NCBI GenBank assembly: GCA_030704615.1
Contig: CM060734.1
Span: 53,878,001 to 53,942,000, forward strand
Origin: Takakia lepidozioides
Lineage: Eukaryota; Plantae; Bryophyta
Reading direction: 5' to 3'
Length of the DNA stretch: 64,000 bases
Made by a program: the position numbers and the translations under genes. How positions within the stretch are numbered: the first letter of the stretch is position 1; each line of letters opens with the position of its first letter. Shown in pieces: positions 62,252 to 64,000 of the stretch. Under the pieces are notes generated by a model. It was not told the DNA's origin. It worked only from the letters and a program-made list of their open reading frames with translations, and ran no database searches.

Positions 62252-64000
62252 TGTTAGATAAGAAGTAAGCAACGTTTTTCTATGAGGCCAACATACCATT
62301 CAACGTGGCACAACTCCCAATCATTTGTTTCAGTTGTGAGAACAACTTCGGAGTCAAAATGCACGTACACACCACCTCCTTACAATGCTCTATGTATGGG
62401 ATTGTTGGAAGAGGCCATGACTGACCTTTCAAAACGAGTAACAGATCGAACCGGGGATTCATTGCGAAAATACGGAAGTACATTTGATAACGGCTATGCT
62501 ACGAGGGACAGACAACGAGGGTCACAACGGGACATACCGGGTAATGATGGACGTACACTACCTGAGCCACAGGCAGAGACGGCTAAGTACACGGTACTTA
62601 GCCAATGGCGGGACAAGGGTACATTACCACGAGAGCAGTAGTGGGTAGTGTAGTAACCGTGAGCCGTGAACCACGATATCACATGGTCACGTTAGCATTG
62701 GCTTTAACCAATAGAGGGAGTAGTGGACCGTTTACCACTATGGCTCACGACCACTACAACGAGCCACTTTTTAGCAAACCTTTTAGGTTGTGTAGACAGT
62801 TAGGCAAACGGTCATTAACGACCGCAGGCTGTAACGGCTCTTTCGAGCATAGTATAAAAAGACTGCACGCAACTCAAAAGGTGTGCAGTATGAGTATCAG
62901 GGATCAGTGTGTACTTCTGTGATGATGTGACGAGCTCTGAAGTAAAGCCATGATATTTGAAGTATCTCTGTGTAGAGTGAATGTGAGATGGAGAGAATGT
63001 GCATTATGAGAGAACGTGAGATGGCGAGAATGTGTATCATCTCAGAATAGTTCTTGTTTTCTCTTGACTACCATCTGCTTGTATGAACCAAGGGGCTTCA
63101 GTCCTTTCGACTAAGATCTTTCATGCTGAAGAGACTGTAGATTGGGCTTAATCAATAGGATTAAGCAGCCTGCAGGGATATGGCTTCATATGACGTTCAT
63201 GGTTTAGCTATCCTTAAAACGATTACTTCGTAATCATTTCTGAAAGCATACCGTCGGACAACCTCTGTTGCATGTCTTAGGAAATGGGCAGTAGTGTTAA
63301 TAGCCTGTTTTGTCTAAGTCATAAACCAGCGGTTAATATTTGGCGACCATACTGGGGACTAACGGTATGTTGAGTTCAAGAGTACTCAAAGATGGATGGT
63401 TACTCAGTGATTTCTTGAAATCACGACAGAACGAGTCAACAGAAGCAAAGGAATGGAAAACATTCATGAGAAATTTTCATGGTTTACCAAGAGCAATACA
63501 ACAGAAAATCTTTCTGTCAATTGCGAAAGAAGATGACAAATGGGGATTGAAGGGAGGAGTGATCAGTATTACACGAGCACCTTGGGAATGTAGGATTAGA
63601 AGTGAAGAGTGGTTGTCTCGTTTAGCTCTAATGATTACTCTAATCCCAATCAGAAAAGTTTAGTACACTAGTTATATTTTCAGAGAAGGATGTTCAAATT
63701 ATGAATATTGTCACACGATCATAGAAGTAGTGGAGTACTGGATACCCAAAGACTTATTGCAAGTCAGATACACTGAAAAAGACAGATGGTATTATTGTGC
63801 CCATTAAAAAGTTTGGTGATCAATCAGTAAAAAAGAAAATTAAGGGATTCTTGCAAGATAGGATGAATCTTGAAGAAATGGTAGAGACATTATAAATTTT
63901 CTTTACTGACATACCAAAACTGTTTTAAAGGGTACTAAAAAGGAATTCTACATATGATGTGGGAATGAATGAGGAAATTAAAGAAAAAGCTAAACAAGAT
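62252..64000 (+). mobile_element. 5' part of a second non-chromoviral Gypsy element (LTR end ~63338, PBS 63341-63358, ORF1 remnant)
   Basis: PBS differs from that at 934 by one base. Downstream peptide is homologous to ORF 824-1519. LTR start is uncertain. Confidence 0.6.

Overview
Transposon-dense nuclear DNA, most likely from a non-seed land plant (inferred from spliceosomal introns, PLS-DYW PPR genes and the TE types). 179-23354 is a decayed non-chromoviral Ty3/Gypsy element (5' LTR, PBS, extra 5' ORF, gag-pol, long 3' ORF). Nested in it are a solo LTR of the same family and an ~11.5 kb Mutator-like element (MULE, ~2186-13664). The MULE carries a DDE/SWIM transposase and a divergently transcribed multi-exon accessory gene that, once spliced, joins a ParB/Srx-like domain to a beta-class N4C/N6A DNA-methyltransferase fold. 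The first intron of that gene holds 13 copies of a 36-bp palindrome, mostly at a 116-bp period. This is the best candidate for an undescribed system. Pogo and CRE-like retroposon fragments follow. 29286-54276 is an inverted duplication of a PPR-DYW RNA-editing gene whose N-terminal exons encode OSB-type PDF ssDNA-binding motifs; the two copies differ in PPR repeat number and code residues. The spacer between them holds SINEs, a Copia fragment and a chromovirus with an internal inversion. A young chromovirus with one uninterrupted gag-pol ORF lies at 54333-61270, and the 5' end of a second Gypsy element starts near 62-64 kb. All domain calls are motif recognition by eye; no database search was run.
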